From: an uncultured Nitrospiraceae bacterium
GTDB lineage: Bacteria; Nitrospirota; Nitrospiria; Nitrospirales; Nitrospiraceae
Reading direction: 5' to 3'
Assembly (NCBI GenBank): GCA_963730935.1
Contig: CAVSTP010000003.1
Location: 800,001 to 864,000 of the forward strand
DNA: 64,000 nucleotides
Below the pieces are notes generated by a model that did no database searches, had not been told where the DNA came from, and was given only the letters and a program-made list of their open reading frames with translations. This document shows, piece by piece, positions 20,526 to 29,636 of this stretch. Both the position numbers and the translations under genes were made by a program. The stretch's first letter is position 1, and every line of letters begins with the position of its first letter.

Positions 20526-22039
20526 GAGGCTCCTTGCGGCAAGACGAGCGAAAAGGTACTGCCACGCTCCGGCGCCGAATCGACGATGACCCGGCCTCCG
20601 TGCTTGTCCATCACGAGTCTCACAATCGCCAAGCCGACGCCGGTGCCTTCATATTCGTGGGGACCGTGCAATCGTTCGAACAACCCGAAGATCTTGTCCG
20701 TCTGAGCCACGTCGAATCCGATCCCGTTGTCCGTGATCCGCAGGATGCACTCCCTGTTGTTCCGCGTTCCATCGATCCGGATGTCCGGTTTCGGCCGGTT
20801 CCGGGAAAACTTGACGGCGTTGTCGAGCAGGTTGGCGAGGGCCTGTCGGATGCTGACCGGCTCGCCGTAGAGCTCGTCGAATGTCAACTCAACGTGAATG
20901 GCCGGCGCTGACTGCTGCGTCGAACTCATCCGGTCGTTGAGGAGGCTGGTCATCATTTCTCGCACGTTGAACCACTGTTTTGGCAGGGCTTGCTGTTCCA
21001 GCCGCGAGTATTTCAAAAGTGCGTCGATCATGTGCGTGAGGCGCAATGCGGACTGCCGGATGACGCCGATGTGATGTCTCACCTCTTGATCGCCGGTTTC
21101 TGAAAACTGCTTTTCGAGCAGGGAGGAAAATCCCTCGATCTCTCGGAGCGGCCCCTTGAGGTCGTGGGCGATCGAATAGGTAAACGCTTCCAGTTCCTTC
21201 GTTTTGCGCCACAGAGAGGTACTGTGTTCACGCAAGCTCGCGAGCATTGTTGTCAGCGAGCCTGCAAGCGTGCCGACCTCATCGCGACTGGGCCAAGAGG
21301 GGAACTGCGCTGACAGATCGTGATGGGCCACGCGGTCGGCGGTGGCGGCCAGACTCATCAAGGGGCGGACGATATGTCTAGTTGCGAGCCCGTAGGTGGC
21401 TGCGATGACCAGACCCAATAGGAGGGCGAGAGACAGAGCGATGAGGCGAGCATGCCCCAGCAGGCGATCGCCCTCATGCTTCATTTCAATATCGATCTTG
21501 GTATGTGCATCGACGAGTTCATCGAGGGCGGTCGTTACATGTGCCATCAGGCCGTCAGTGTCGGACATCGCCATCGTTTTCCAGTCTTTGGTCAATGCGG
21601 CCAATGAGGTGGCAATGGTTTCGATCGCACGGTCTTCCTGCTCGGCAAGATCGAGCCGGTGGTGATCCGCCAACATCCCGTACAAAATCGGATGCGTGCG
21701 CGCCGCGTGTGTATCTTTGTAGACGTCAAGTTGAACTCTGATGAAGGTAGTATGACGGTCAAAGCTGGCAGACACCTCCTCGCTCGGCTTTGAACGGTGA
21801 TTACCGGAGAAGTGCAGGGTGAACTTCAAATCATATGCCTCGCGCCGCATGTTGGCCGCCGTGACGATGGCCGGAACAGTAATGCGCTTGTGTCGGTCGA
21901 CATAGCTGTTGATCCTGGCGAGATAAAAGAGCAACGCCGTCAAGCTCAATGCGAGGAGGCTGAGAATGAGTCCAAACGAAATGAGAAGCTTCTGGCCGAT
22001 CGACAGGTGGCGAAACCACCCGGTGGGAGAGCGGTTCAT
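20522..22039 (-). CDS. Membrane sensor histidine kinase with HAMP domain
   Basis: Two TMs, HAMP (DEVGTLA), H-box YSIAHDLKGPL, NLLDNAVKF, GTGVGL; overlaps the response regulator start. Confidence 0.95.
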   Translation of the reverse strand: MNRSPTGWFRHLSIGQKLLISFGLILSLLALSLTALLFYLARINSYVDRHKRITVPAIVTAANMRREAYDLKFTLHFSGNHRSKPSEEVSASFDRHTTFIRVQLDVYKDTHAARTHPILYGMLADHHRLDLAEQEDRAIETIATSLAALTKDWKTMAMSDTDGLMAHVTTALDELVDAHTKIDIEMKHEGDRLLGHARLIALSLALLLGLVIAATYGLATRHIVRPLMSLAATADRVAHHDLSAQFPSWPSRDEVGTLAGSLTTMLASLREHSTSLWRKTKELEAFTYSIAHDLKGPLREIEGFSSLLEKQFSETGDQEVRHHIGVIRQSALRLTHMIDALLKYSRLEQQALPKQWFNVREMMTSLLNDRMSSTQQSAPAIHVELTFDELYGEPVSIRQALANLLDNAVKFSRNRPKPDIRIDGTRNNRECILRITDNGIGFDVAQTDKIFGLFERLHGPHEYEGTGVGLAIVRLVMDKHGGRVIVDSAPERGSTFSLVLPQGAS

Positions 22040-22114
22040 GGCGCTACGGTACCACAGGGAGTCAAAACGTACCACTGCTCTCTCATCCAACTTGCACGGC
22101 GTATTTGTCAAGAT

Positions 22115-22162
22115 TGTTGGCTGAGCAACACAGCAGACGCATCTTTTGTTCCTTCAGCAACA
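22115..22162. promoter_or_regulatory. Tandem TGT-N10-ACA upstream activating sequences
   Basis: TGTTGGCTGAGCAACA (22115-22130) and TGTTCCTTCAGCAACA (22147-22162), 32 bp apart. Confidence 0.65.
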
Positions 22163-22202
22163 GCGCATGCTTCTGTGCTCCTAAATTCCTTGCAAACTGG
22201 AA

Positions 22203-22218
22203 AGGCACGCGTTCTGCA
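22203..22218 (+). promoter_or_regulatory. Sigma54 (-24/-12) promoter
   Basis: AGGCACGCGTTCTGCA fits GG-N10-GC (consensus TGGCACG-N4-TTGCW). Confidence 0.75.
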
Positions 22219-22277
22219 CTGACGTCATCTGCAGGCGGTTACTAATTTACTCACAACGGCAAGAAAGGATGGTTGTC

Positions 22278-22643
22278 ATGGCAAAGTCGTTAGATGAATT
22301 GCTCAAACTCAAAGGTGTTGTTGCGTCCGGAGAGTTTTCTGCAGATGGCAAACTCATCAATCTCCGGTCGAATAACAATCAGCTGTCGAACGAGGTGGCC
22401 GATCTCACGGCACAGTTTGCTGCGGCCGTGAGTCAACTGCTGGGCGCGCTGGCTTCAGCGCATTCCAAAATTAGCGGTTACAACTGGTTGCCGGAACATG
22501 GCTGGACCTATTCGGGCGGGGACCTCACCATTGCGGTGGGAGGGAACCGGGGGGTCTTCGTCAAAACTGCCGAGGCTGATTTTAAACAGCTCTTTGAGGC
22601 GCTGATTCAGTCGCAGCAACTGGCTCATGCGGGCGCTCGGTAA
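22278..22643 (+). CDS. DUF2173-family (roadblock/LC7-like) protein
   Basis: LDELLKLKGVVASGEFSADGKL..NWLPEHGWTYSGGD..GVFVKTAEADF. Confidence 0.85.
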   Translation: MAKSLDELLKLKGVVASGEFSADGKLINLRSNNNQLSNEVADLTAQFAAAVSQLLGALASAHSKISGYNWLPEHGWTYSGGDLTIAVGGNRGVFVKTAEADFKQLFEALIQSQQLAHAGAR

Positions 22644-22736
22644 GCACGAGTTCACGCACTGCCTTGGATACAGGCACAACCAATCAAGCGACGGCTCGGG
22701 CGCATCCGGGCCGTCGCTGGAGGTAAGGAGAAGCAG

Positions 22737-22943
22737 ATGACGTTTCGCACCATTCCACAATCCATACTCCTGTTGGAGCAGCAGTCCATCGACGATCGTA
22801 TCCTCGAGATTTTGGACAGAACAGGGGGCTCAATCACTCGACTATTTGGACAAGAGTCTCCCGGACGTCGGAAGTACACCGTTATTGTTTGCTATCGATC
22901 GTTTGAGCCGGACGGGGAAAATCTCGATCGGACCTCCCAGTAA
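22737..22943 (+). CDS. Small hypothetical protein
   Basis: AAGGAG RBS; 68 aa; co-oriented inside the sigma54 unit. Confidence 0.5.
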   Translation: MTFRTIPQSILLLEQQSIDDRILEILDRTGGSITRLFGQESPGRRKYTVIVCYRSFEPDGENLDRTSQ

Positions 22944-23043
22944 AGGAGAATATCTTGTGTCGGCAACGCCCGTGACGCGTTCCGTCTATACAGCATTTTG
23001 AAAACATTCGTGCCATCGGTATGCGAGAAGAGGTGATGCGAAC

Positions 23044-23503
23044 GTGAAACGTATTGGAGAAGGCGCTGACATTTCGACTGCCCGCCATGATGGATGGAGG
23101 TTTGAACTTCATTGATCCGGACGAATTCCTGGGACAATGGGTCGTCCTGAGCTTTGTACTGGCGCTTGGGGAATTCGATTCGGCGCTTTGGAATGAGCAG
23201 GGAAAGGAGATGGAGTCGCTCGGAGCGACGCTGCTTGTGGTTCCATGGGAAGCGAAGATGCTTCACGAAGGGCAGCTCAATCCACCTGACAAAGAACATT
23301 TCACGATTGTAGGAGATCCACTCAGGCGGTTGCAGCGTCTCTATGGTAATCCGACGCTGCTGTCATCCGGACGGGCACGTACATTTTTGGTCGATCCTGA
23401 CGGATGTCTTCGATTTCACGTCCTTCACAGCCTTAGCGAGAGAGGAATGGGCGTGGTCATGGAACTGCTTCAAACATACCAGACTGAAGAAATCCCGGCC
23501 TGA
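23044..23503 (+). CDS. AhpC/TSA redoxin-fold protein lacking the peroxidatic Cys; 5' end possibly frameshifted
   Basis: FRLPA..FLGQWVVLSF..IVGDPLRRLQRLYG..ARTFLVDPDGCLRF. The SD GAGGTGA points to the GTG at 23044, which is out of frame with the body (body ORF starts at 23054). Confidence 0.65.
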
Positions 23504-23655
23504 TCACGGAGCGATTATTCCATGAATATCTGATCGGAGTGCACGAGTGGGCCCCTTGTTTTCGGCGTGGTCCTGTTGATGATATCGATCGGGCGTGATT
23601 ATGGTTGAGCTGGACAGGGAAGGAGTAGGGGGTTGGCCACGAACGAGAGTGTTGG

Positions 23656-24720
23656 TCACGAAGGTTTGATTATCCTGTATCTCATCAACCGGTCACGTAC
23701 GATGTTTCGGCTGATGCCTAACAGACGGGAGGTTCGGACTTGATTGCCCTCGCAGTACTCATACGCGACACGAAGCACCGTCTCGTCGATCCGCTGATAA
23801 AGATTGGGCGTGTTGGCATTAAAAAGCGCTTCGAGAACGTCCTCTAAGGACTTCGTGGAGCCGGTCGACGGTGCTCTTTCGAGAAGCCGTTCGGACCGAG
23901 GAGTAGGAAGGCGGAGGTCTTCGAAGCGCACGCTCGTGCCGGCGCACACGAGAAGCGCATGATGGATTGAGTTTTCGAGTTCCCGAATGTTGCCGGGCCA
24001 TTGGTATGAAAGGAGTGCTTGGACAGTTTCGGGCGCCAGTTCAACGCTGGCATACCCGAGGCGGGCGCCGTACACCTTCAGAAAATGCTGAGCCAGCGGT
24101 AGGATATCGTCGGGGCGTTCGCGCAACGGGGGAAGGTGGATCGACGCCACGTTCAGCCGGTAATACAGATCTTCGCGAAAACGGCCCGCGGCGACGGCTT
24201 CATCCAGTTTGACGTTGGTCGCAGTGATCAGCCGCACATCGATGGCAATCGCTTGACGTGAGCCGACCCGCACCACTTCTCGTTCTTGAATCACACGGAG
24301 TAGTTTGGCCTGAAGGGGAGGCGGCAGGTCGCCGATTTCATCGAGAAATAGCGACCCTCCTTGCGCGGTTTCGAACCATCCGGCCTTGGCGGTGACAGCG
24401 CCGGTGAACGCGCCGCGCTCGTGACCGAAGAGTTCGCTCTCCATGAGTGACTCGCTGATCGCGGCACAATTGAATGCCACGAATGGACCGGATCGACGAT
24501 CACTCAGTTCATGGATCTGTCGCGCGATCAACTCCTTTCCGGTCCCGGTTTCTCCGATGATGAGGGCAGTGGCCTCGCTTGGTGCGATGCGCTGGACTCG
24601 CTCCAAAAGGGACTTCGATGCAGGATCCTCAAAGACGAGACAACTGGCACGGACGGATAGAGCCAGGGCGTGCGGATCGGCAGCTGTGACAATCTTGATT
24701 GGGTCTTGAGTGGGAGGCAT
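23656..24720 (-). CDS. Sigma54-dependent activator without an N-terminal sensor domain (SfnR-like)
   Basis: LVFEDPASKSLL..APSEATALIIGETGTGKE, GAFTGA, AGWFETAQGG, NQVRTSRLLGISRNIVR; resembles Pseudomonas SfnR. Confidence 0.88.
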   Translation of the reverse strand: MPPTQDPIKIVTAADPHALALSVRASCLVFEDPASKSLLERVQRIAPSEATALIIGETGTGKELIARQIHELSDRRSGPFVAFNCAAISESLMESELFGHERGAFTGAVTAKAGWFETAQGGSLFLDEIGDLPPPLQAKLLRVIQEREVVRVGSRQAIAIDVRLITATNVKLDEAVAAGRFREDLYYRLNVASIHLPPLRERPDDILPLAQHFLKVYGARLGYASVELAPETVQALLSYQWPGNIRELENSIHHALLVCAGTSVRFEDLRLPTPRSERLLERAPSTGSTKSLEDVLEALFNANTPNLYQRIDETVLRVAYEYCEGNQVRTSRLLGISRNIVRDRLMRYRIIKPS

Positions 24721-24773
24721 TGTAATGGTGTGAAGATATTACGATGATATGAAGCGGGCCTGTGAGGCCACCG

Positions 24774-25544
24774 TTACTGCTGGGCTGTCCCCCATCGCTG
24801 GTGCATGAAGCGTTCGGTTGGGGCGAACAGTGATTTGTCGACTGCCAGGCCAATGAAAATGATGATGAGGATGACGCCGATGACTTGGTCCATGGCATGG
24901 AGTTCCCGACCATAGTGCAGGAGTTGGCCAAGGCCGAAGCCGCTCAAGATCGTCACGTAAATTTCTGCCGCCATAAGCGAACGCCAGGCGAATGCCCAGC
25001 CCTGTTTCATGCCACTGAGTAAAAAGGGAAGCGCCGCCGGAACGACGACGTGAGTCCAGGTATGCAGGCCGGTGGAACCCATGGTGCGGGCTGCGCGGCT
25101 GTAGATCGGCGGAATAGTCCGCACGCCATTATCCGTGGCGATGACCAAGGACCAGACCGTACCCATGACCACGACAAAGAGCATAGCGGCCTCAGTCTGC
25201 CCGAACCACAGCAGAGCCAACGGCACCCAACAGACACTTGGGAGTGTCTGGAGTCCTAAGGCGAGAATGCCAATTGTGTCATGGCACCATCTGAATGATG
25301 CGGTCAAGAACCCAAGTGGAAGTCCCACGAGAATACCCAATCCATAGCCGATGAGCAGCCGTCGTACCGTGACTACGGTGGCTTCCCACAGCGTGCCGTC
25401 CTGCGCGGCAGTTCGCAGGTACTCGAAAACGCTCGCAGGCGAAGGCAGCAACAGAGGCGACCAGATTTGGGCTTTAACGACCAAATGCCACGCCACCACG
25501 AGACCCACGAAGAATAACGACGCAGCCAACCATCGTGTGATCAA
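24774..25544 (-). CDS. Sulfonate/nitrate/taurine ABC permease (SsuC/TauC-like)
   Basis: LLPSP, LQTLPSVCWVPLALLWFG, AWRSLMAAE. Confidence 0.93.
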   Translation of the reverse strand: MITRWLAASLFFVGLVVAWHLVVKAQIWSPLLLPSPASVFEYLRTAAQDGTLWEATVVTVRRLLIGYGLGILVGLPLGFLTASFRWCHDTIGILALGLQTLPSVCWVPLALLWFGQTEAAMLFVVVMGTVWSLVIATDNGVRTIPPIYSRAARTMGSTGLHTWTHVVVPAALPFLLSGMKQGWAFAWRSLMAAEIYVTILSGFGLGQLLHYGRELHAMDQVIGVILIIIFIGLAVDKSLFAPTERFMHQRWGTAQQ

Positions 25545-26347
25545 CCAGCCACCTCCGGCTGAACGTACCCTTTCAAGACACGCGTGATCTCCGTGGCGTA
25601 ACGGGCAAGATCCACACTGTTGATGTCACGCGGCCGGGGGAGCGGGATGCTGAATTCTTCGCGGATACGCCCGGGGTGGGGTGAAAAAAGAATGACGCGA
25701 TCTCCCAAACAGACGGCTTCGCGCACGTTGTGGGTGACGAACACGATGGTTTTCCGATGTTGGCTCCAGATCCGTTGGATGTCGCCGTAGAGTTGCTCAC
25801 GTGTCAATGCGTCCAAGGCCCCGAACGGTTCGTCCATCAACAGCACGCTCGGATTGGGCGCCAGAGCCCGCGCAAGCGCGACGCGTTGTTTCATTCCTCC
25901 CGACAGCTCATGGACATTCGAGTGCATGAACCGCTTGAGTCCCACGAGTTCGAGAAAATACTCCGCTTTTTCCCGGCGTTCAGGGGCGCTCAGACCATTG
26001 CTGAGTTTCAGGCCGAAGAGCACATTCCCGAGAACCGTGAGCCACGGAAACAGTGCCGACTCCTGAAACATCATCAGCCGGTGGGGACCGGGTTCATTGA
26101 CAGGCTTGCCGTCGGCCTGGACGATGCCACGATCAGCATGGTCAAGCCCGGCAATGATGTTCAGTAACGTGGATTTGCCGCAGCCGCTCGGCCCGACCAA
26201 GCAGACGAACTCTCCCTCTGCAATGCGGAGGGTCACATCATCGAGGGCGTGCACGTGCAACGAGCTCGTTTGGAACCATTTCGAAACATGTTCAAGGACC
26301 AGCTTGGCGGCCAGCGATGGTGCTGGCGGGTGCTCAGTCGTCAACAT
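25541..26347 (-). CDS. Sulfonate/nitrate/taurine ABC ATPase (SsuB/TauB-like)
   Basis: GPSGCGKST, LSGGMKQR, LLMDEPFGALD, LPRPRD. Confidence 0.95.
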   Translation of the reverse strand: MLTTEHPPAPSLAAKLVLEHVSKWFQTSSLHVHALDDVTLRIAEGEFVCLVGPSGCGKSTLLNIIAGLDHADRGIVQADGKPVNEPGPHRLMMFQESALFPWLTVLGNVLFGLKLSNGLSAPERREKAEYFLELVGLKRFMHSNVHELSGGMKQRVALARALAPNPSVLLMDEPFGALDALTREQLYGDIQRIWSQHRKTIVFVTHNVREAVCLGDRVILFSPHPGRIREEFSIPLPRPRDINSVDLARYATEITRVLKGYVQPEVAG

Positions 26348-26348
26348 G

Positions 26349-27317
26349 TCAGTTGAGCCTTTCGATCAGGCGGGAGAGGTCGGGAGCCGACCGGATGAAA
26401 CCGGCTCGTTGCGCATCCGCGACGAAATGCCGGTACTCCTCTATGGAGGGATCATTGGTCAGCACGATCCGCTTCCATGCTTGAGCAATCAGATCGGGCG
26501 ACACGTCGGCTTTCGTTTCAGCGGCCAGTTCCTGCCTGACCATTTGTTTGGCCTCGTCCGGATGCGAAAGGATCCATTCCGTCAATTCACGATGGGCACG
26601 GACGAACTTCGCCGCGAGGTCTCGCTTTTTCTTGAGAAACTTGACGCCCGAGACCAATACCGTGATGCTGTCCTTGGACTGCTCGACGAGGACTTTTCCA
26701 CCAGCATCACGCTCTAAACGCGACACCCAGGGTTCGACTGTCCACACGGCATCAAGCTTCTTGTTTTTGAACAAGGCAAGCTGATCCGGGTTCGGTGTTG
26801 GAATGATGAAGGCATCGCCTCCAGTCTGCGTAATCTTCAGTCCACCGTTGCTGAGCCAAGCCCGGCAGGCAATGTCCTGCGTGTTGCCCAGTTGGGGAGT
26901 CGCAATCGTCTTTCCCCTAAAGTGAGCGGGCTCCTTCAGCCCTGACTCGGGCTGTACGACCAGCGCTGCCCCTCCCGCGGCGGCGGCGGCGACTATTCTA
27001 ATCTCTTCACCATTGGATTTTGTATAGGCATTCAAGGCGGGGCTCGGCCCCACATAGGTCAGGTCGATGGAATCCGCGAGAATGGCTTCCATGGCGCTCG
27101 GACCGGCGTTATAGATGTACCACTCGATTTTCACATCCGGGCCCAACCGGTGCTCGAACCAGCCGCGCCCCGTACGGGACAAATGGTGCGCGACCAGACC
27201 TTGGACATGCGTGACATTGGGAAAATGGCCCACTCGGATCGTGTCCCCTGCTGCAGCGAGAGACGGAGCAGTGGCCATGAAATACGCGAACAAGAGGCTC
27301 CACATTATGATGTGCAT
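26349..27317 (-). CDS. Aliphatic-sulfonate-type ABC substrate-binding protein (SsuA-like)
   Basis: RVGHFPNVTH, YNAGPSAMEA, YVGPSPA, ATPQLGNTQD, VEPW. Confidence 0.9.
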   Translation of the reverse strand: MHIIMWSLLFAYFMATAPSLAAAGDTIRVGHFPNVTHVQGLVAHHLSRTGRGWFEHRLGPDVKIEWYIYNAGPSAMEAILADSIDLTYVGPSPALNAYTKSNGEEIRIVAAAAAGGAALVVQPESGLKEPAHFRGKTIATPQLGNTQDIACRAWLSNGGLKITQTGGDAFIIPTPNPDQLALFKNKKLDAVWTVEPWVSRLERDAGGKVLVEQSKDSITVLVSGVKFLKKKRDLAAKFVRAHRELTEWILSHPDEAKQMVRQELAAETKADVSPDLIAQAWKRIVLTNDPSIEEYRHFVADAQRAGFIRSAPDLSRLIERLN

Positions 27318-27337
27318 GCGTTCACCTTGATTATGAA

Positions 27338-28063
27338 TTATGGGATTGAGACCAGAAGGGAAGTGGTCAATGCCGCGGTCGCCAAAAGCCGAGTAGAATC
27401 CAACAGCGGAAGACTCGATGGCCGCTCCTCTGACAGCAGTAATGGCAGCTCAGTGCAGCCCAGAATGACGGCCTCCGCGCCGCTCGCCGCCATCGTCGAG
27501 ATGATGTCCTGCACATGCGCCCGAGCTTGAGGCAAATAACGTCCTCGAATGAGTTCGGTTCGGATGATTCTGTCCAGTTCAATGCGCTTAGGAACCGGCG
27601 GCAGCACGATTTCGATTCCATGATGTTCAAAGATCGGCTGGTAGATAGTTCCCTGCATGGCCACCTGAGTGCCAAGCAATCCCACTCGCCGGTAATTCCG
27701 GCGGGTCGTTTCGGCCACAACCGCGGCGGCGATGTGCACCCATGGCACAGGGGACACGACGAGATCGAACGCTCGATGCAACGTATTGTTCGGGCAGATG
27801 ATCAGCTCCGCTCCGGCCTGTGCCAGGAGCGAAGCCGATCGGGACATCAGCGCGGCCACGCCGGGCCAATCACCAGCGTCGATGGAGGCCAGGTAGGCCT
27901 CGAGCGGCAGTGCGTGCATCGTGATTTCAGGATAGGCATGTCCGCCTGTAAGCCGTTCGGCTTCATGGCACAGGGTTCGATAGCAGAGCGCCGCGCCGTC
28001 TGCAGTTCCCCCGACGATGCCGATATGGGGCATGTGGTTCAACCGTCCTTCCGTCATGAACAT
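27338..28063 (-). CDS. Aspartate/glutamate racemase family protein
   Basis: IGIVGG, ICPNNTLH, VGLLGT, ILGCTELPLL, LLDST. Confidence 0.9.
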   Translation of the reverse strand: MFMTEGRLNHMPHIGIVGGTADGAALCYRTLCHEAERLTGGHAYPEITMHALPLEAYLASIDAGDWPGVAALMSRSASLLAQAGAELIICPNNTLHRAFDLVVSPVPWVHIAAAVVAETTRRNYRRVGLLGTQVAMQGTIYQPIFEHHGIEIVLPPVPKRIELDRIIRTELIRGRYLPQARAHVQDIISTMAASGAEAVILGCTELPLLLSEERPSSLPLLDSTRLLATAALTTSLLVSIP

Positions 28064-28076
28064 TTCCTCATCTCAA

Positions 28077-28802
28077 TCACGGTTTGTTTGTGAGACGGGG
28101 CTCGAGCCCCGGAAATCCTGGAAGCGCGGACAGCGCCTCGCGATACTTGATATAGAGTTCTTCCCGCTGGTCCGGAGCGAACAACTTTCCTCCGGACTTG
28201 ACCTTGATCAGGTATTCCTCCGGCTCAAAGGTGACATCAAACGCCGACGACCGTTCCGGTACGTTCGGCATCTGTCGGTCATATTTGCTGATATCCGGTT
28301 CGGGCCCATGACGGTCATGGACCTCGCTGAGGGCGAGCACCAACGTCTCCTGCCGGATCGAGAGCCATCCAGACGTGCTCTCCTCATCGCCCTGCTCGGT
28401 CGCATGACTGAGATGAAAATAGACACGTTCGTCCGGCGAGGCCTGCGCCAGTGCCTTCGAGAGCGCAGGCGCCAGGAATGTAATTTCTTCATTACGAAAC
28501 GCTCGAGTCTTTTCGGCCTCTCCCGAAAGCAATCGATGGATGAAGTTGCGGCTTTCCCAACTACGAACACCTCGCAGTAAGGTGCCAATTTCTTCGGGCG
28601 AGAGATTCGCCGGGTGGCCGTTGGTCGTGACCTCGGGGTCTTTCTCGAGCCAAATCTGGTTTCTCCCCGATTCGTAAATGATCTTTGTCGGTGGGTGAGG
28701 AGCGCCCGCGCAACCAGCACCGCCCATCAATCCCATCATGACGAACAGCGGCCAGATGAACCAGCCGACACGTTCATTGTGCGATATTGTCCAGCCCTTC
28801 AT
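28077..28802 (-). CDS. Uncharacterised lipoprotein (left-arm module copy)
   Basis: GAGC lipobox-like; HPANLS..FRNEE..LAPAL..PDERVYF..TSGW; start overlaps the upstream stop. Confidence 0.8.
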   Translation of the reverse strand: MKGWTISHNERVGWFIWPLFVMMGLMGGAGCAGAPHPPTKIIYESGRNQIWLEKDPEVTTNGHPANLSPEEIGTLLRGVRSWESRNFIHRLLSGEAEKTRAFRNEEITFLAPALSKALAQASPDERVYFHLSHATEQGDEESTSGWLSIRQETLVLALSEVHDRHGPEPDISKYDRQMPNVPERSSAFDVTFEPEEYLIKVKSGGKLFAPDQREELYIKYREALSALPGFPGLEPRLTNKP

Positions 28803-29623
28803 GGTCTGACCTCCTGCCGCAATACCAACCCGGTTTTGTCTAACGCCTGATCGAACCCATACTTTTTCAATTCATCCTGAGTGCGTGAAGAAAGAAGGAA
28901 TTCGATAAAATCTCCGGACCCCGAAATGTTCCTCGCCGTCCAAACAATGGCAACCCCGTACTGAATCGGCGAATGGGATTCGGCTGGCGCCGTATCCAGA
29001 ATGCGCACGTGGCTGTCCGTGATGGCGTCCGTCCGGTAGACGACGCCGATTTCGGCCTCGCCTTTCGCGACAAGATCCAGCACAGCACGAGAATGTTCAC
29101 CGTAGACGTATTGGGACTTAAGTGCAGGATCGAGCTTGCTGAATTTGAGAAACTGCGACGCGACTTTCCCCACCGATGAAGTCTTCGGATCGCCGACAGC
29201 AATACGCCGGACGGGAATCGTGCGCAAATCTTCGATGGAACGGATCGGAGCGGGGAGCACGGGACCTGTGATCAAGACCAGCGAAGTGCCGGCATAGATG
29301 CGTTTGGTGCCTTGAATGATCAACCCTTTCTTGTCGAGTTGATCAATCTCCTCGGACAGTGAGGGCAGAAACACATCTACCGGCGCCCCTTCCTCGATTT
29401 GTTTGCGGAGAGACTGTGAGGGACCGTAGATGACACGCACCGTCACTGCCGGGTGCTGCGATTCGAACGCAGGAAGCAGCGTGCGGAGGGCATCTTTGAG
29501 GCTATTCGCCGCCGCAATGGTCAGAGTTTCTGGCTGTGCAAAGGCACGATCGGGAATCCATGCCAGCACGGCAAGCAGACTCAGCACGATGATAGACAAG
29601 TGAAACACGCGATGCTTTTTCAT
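28799..29623 (-). CDS. ModA-family periplasmic oxyanion-binding protein (divergent)
   Basis: LTIAAANSL, QIEEGAPVDVF, IAVGDP..VG, GVVYRTDA, HSPIQY; start at ATG 29623. Confidence 0.88.
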   Translation of the reverse strand: MKKHRVFHLSIIVLSLLAVLAWIPDRAFAQPETLTIAAANSLKDALRTLLPAFESQHPAVTVRVIYGPSQSLRKQIEEGAPVDVFLPSLSEEIDQLDKKGLIIQGTKRIYAGTSLVLITGPVLPAPIRSIEDLRTIPVRRIAVGDPKTSSVGKVASQFLKFSKLDPALKSQYVYGEHSRAVLDLVAKGEAEIGVVYRTDAITDSHVRILDTAPAESHSPIQYGVAIVWTARNISGSGDFIEFLLSSRTQDELKKYGFDQALDKTGLVLRQEVRP

Positions 29624-29636
29624 GGTGTCCTCGCTG

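Noticed and set aside
23045..23047. In-frame TGA as possible selenocysteine
   Set aside because: It does not align with a catalytic Cys position and no convincing SECIS hairpin follows.
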